A stretch of DNA of 64,000 bases from positions 10,354,001 to 10,418,000 of the forward strand of contig CP075493.1 in the NCBI GenBank assembly GCA_021613535.1, written 5' to 3'. Source of the stretch: Adineta vaga. Taxonomy: Eukaryota; Animalia; Rotifera. Below the pieces are notes generated by a model. That model was not told the origin of the DNA, made no database searches, and saw nothing but the letters and a program-made list of their open reading frames with translations. Positions 62,497 to 64,000 of this stretch are shown one piece after another; the stretch's first letter is position 1; each line of letters starts with the position of its first letter. The translations under genes and the position numbers were made by a program.

Positions 62497-64000
62497 ATGA
62501 CGAAACTATGTATCTGTCAAATTTGCACCTGCGGGTAAGTAAATAGATAATAACAAAATTAATTAATTTATCAAATCTTAAAATGATTTGATATTTTAAA
62601 AACATATTTTTCTTCCCACTTGAAAATAACAATACCAGCTGTTGCTCGTAATATATGTAGGAAACATCGTTGTCCTCATCGCCCTTATGGTATTATTGGT
62701 AAAGGTGAACAAGATTGTGCGATAACAGAATATCGATCGGAATTCATTCCTCGAGAAGGTGGTGTTCGACAATCGTTTAAACCTGATTATAATTTACAAT
62801 TAAGTACAGCACGATTGGATGATGAAACAACACATAAGTATATTCGATAGATTTGCATATCAATTGAATACTCTATTGTTCCGTTTTTGTTTTGTTAAGA
62901 CATGATTTTATCACACACTCGCTTTATAAAACTCAATCATATAAACCGGAAGAAGTTTATGTTCGTCAAGGAGATTTTGATTCTTTAACGAGCTATAATC
63001 AGGAATATACGCGTAAGACAAAGAGAAAGATTTCTATGTTATAAATTAATTTGAATTGATAATAAATTTTAGCAAAAGGTGGTGAACGTGCGAAAATGAT
63101 TAGACATGAAGATCATCGAACAGCACAAGCTCCCTTTGAAGGCGATCCAACATATCGAAGTGAAATTCAATCGCTTTGCGTGTTCATCTATAGTTTGAAA
63201 ATTTCTCTTCCATAGGTGATTATCGTAAATGGGAATCTAGTCGAACTGAAGCCATCCGTCATGATGGTGGCTATGTAAGACTAAATCATCGAGAAAGATC
63301 TTTTTCTATTTCGCATCACATAGGTTCCTCCATCTGCTCCATTTGGAGGTACAAGTACATATACAACAGATTACTTGAAACATGGAGGAGCTATGCGTCA
63401 AGCTATTCGACCTGATCAATCGATTTTACAATCGCAAGATCCATTTGATGATCGAACAGGTTATCGTTCAGATTATATTCAACATCCAATGCAAGAACGC
63501 TATCAACGTTCAAAAGAAGAATATATTCCAAGTGGAGTTTCACTAGATTCGTTAACAACACATCGACGAGATTTCACACCTAAAGATGGTAAAAAAGACA
63601 AAGACTAGTTACACACTTGAAATATTGTTATTAATTGTTTTAGCGGATCGAACACGTTCAATGAAACCGGATGAACAAGGTTTTCGTTCCAATGCTCGTT
63701 TTGATGATTCAACAACAAATAAAACGGATTATAAACCATGGGAAGTTCAAGCAGTTCAAACACATAGACCAGATGAATATCGACCATTAGCTGGTGATAT
63801 GGATTTGAATACCATGTATAATTCAGAATTTACACCAAAACCATTTGCAAAAGTTTCAGCGATTCGTCCCGTTGAAAGACATGGAACAAATGCAAGATTC
63901 GAAGGTAGTACAACATATTCAGGTGATTATAAACAATGGCCCGAAGGACGACAAGCAGCAATACGAGCAAGTAATGGTTATGTACCACCGAATGTACCAT
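62497..64000 (+). CDS. SAXO: Stabilizer of axonemal microtubules (SAXO/FAM154, STOP-like Mn repeats); 3' truncated
   Basis: N-terminal MTKLCICQICTCGKHRCPH signature and repeated T.Y..D[FY] Mn-like modules (TEYRSEF, STYTTDY, TTHRRDF, TTNKTDY). Confidence 0.88.

Overview
This is AT-rich, gene-dense animal genomic DNA with many short (~45-65 nt) GT-AG introns. The NHL-repeat genes, the ART-LRR gene and the bacterial-looking intron-poor enzymes among metazoan genes suggest a bdelloid rotifer (inference). Because the genes are spliced, most ORF-track entries are single exons or antisense noise; I rebuilt about 25 gene models by hand. In order: sterol reductase (partial), cytohesin, PSMD4, FHL LIM protein, TARP/stargazin, PTB protein, PAN-NHL, RFC2, MLX, small TM protein, VSX, RidA, a divergent PKC-delta-like kinase, UPF3, a secreted NHL protein, a Lys-rich TM protein, a 62-aa small ORF, ADAM10-like, dynein LIC, ART-LRR, TRIP11-like golgin, a ZZ-finger/CAR-like NRPS, a flavoprotein, TTC38 and SAXO (partial). 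Three features stand out. (1) An R-S-E ADP-ribosyltransferase splices to an array of 84-nt one-LRR-per-exon cassettes whose 61-nt introns are almost identical while the ligand-facing codons are hypervariable; this is a candidate diversifying immune sensor-effector. (2) The 1392-aa RS-repeat ORF looks like a giant frame-preserving cassette exon inside the dynein light intermediate chain gene. (3) A tandem pair of HGT-like enzymes: a CAR-type NRPS with a eukaryotic ZZ finger, and a flavoprotein with an acquired intron and a 1-nt frameshift.
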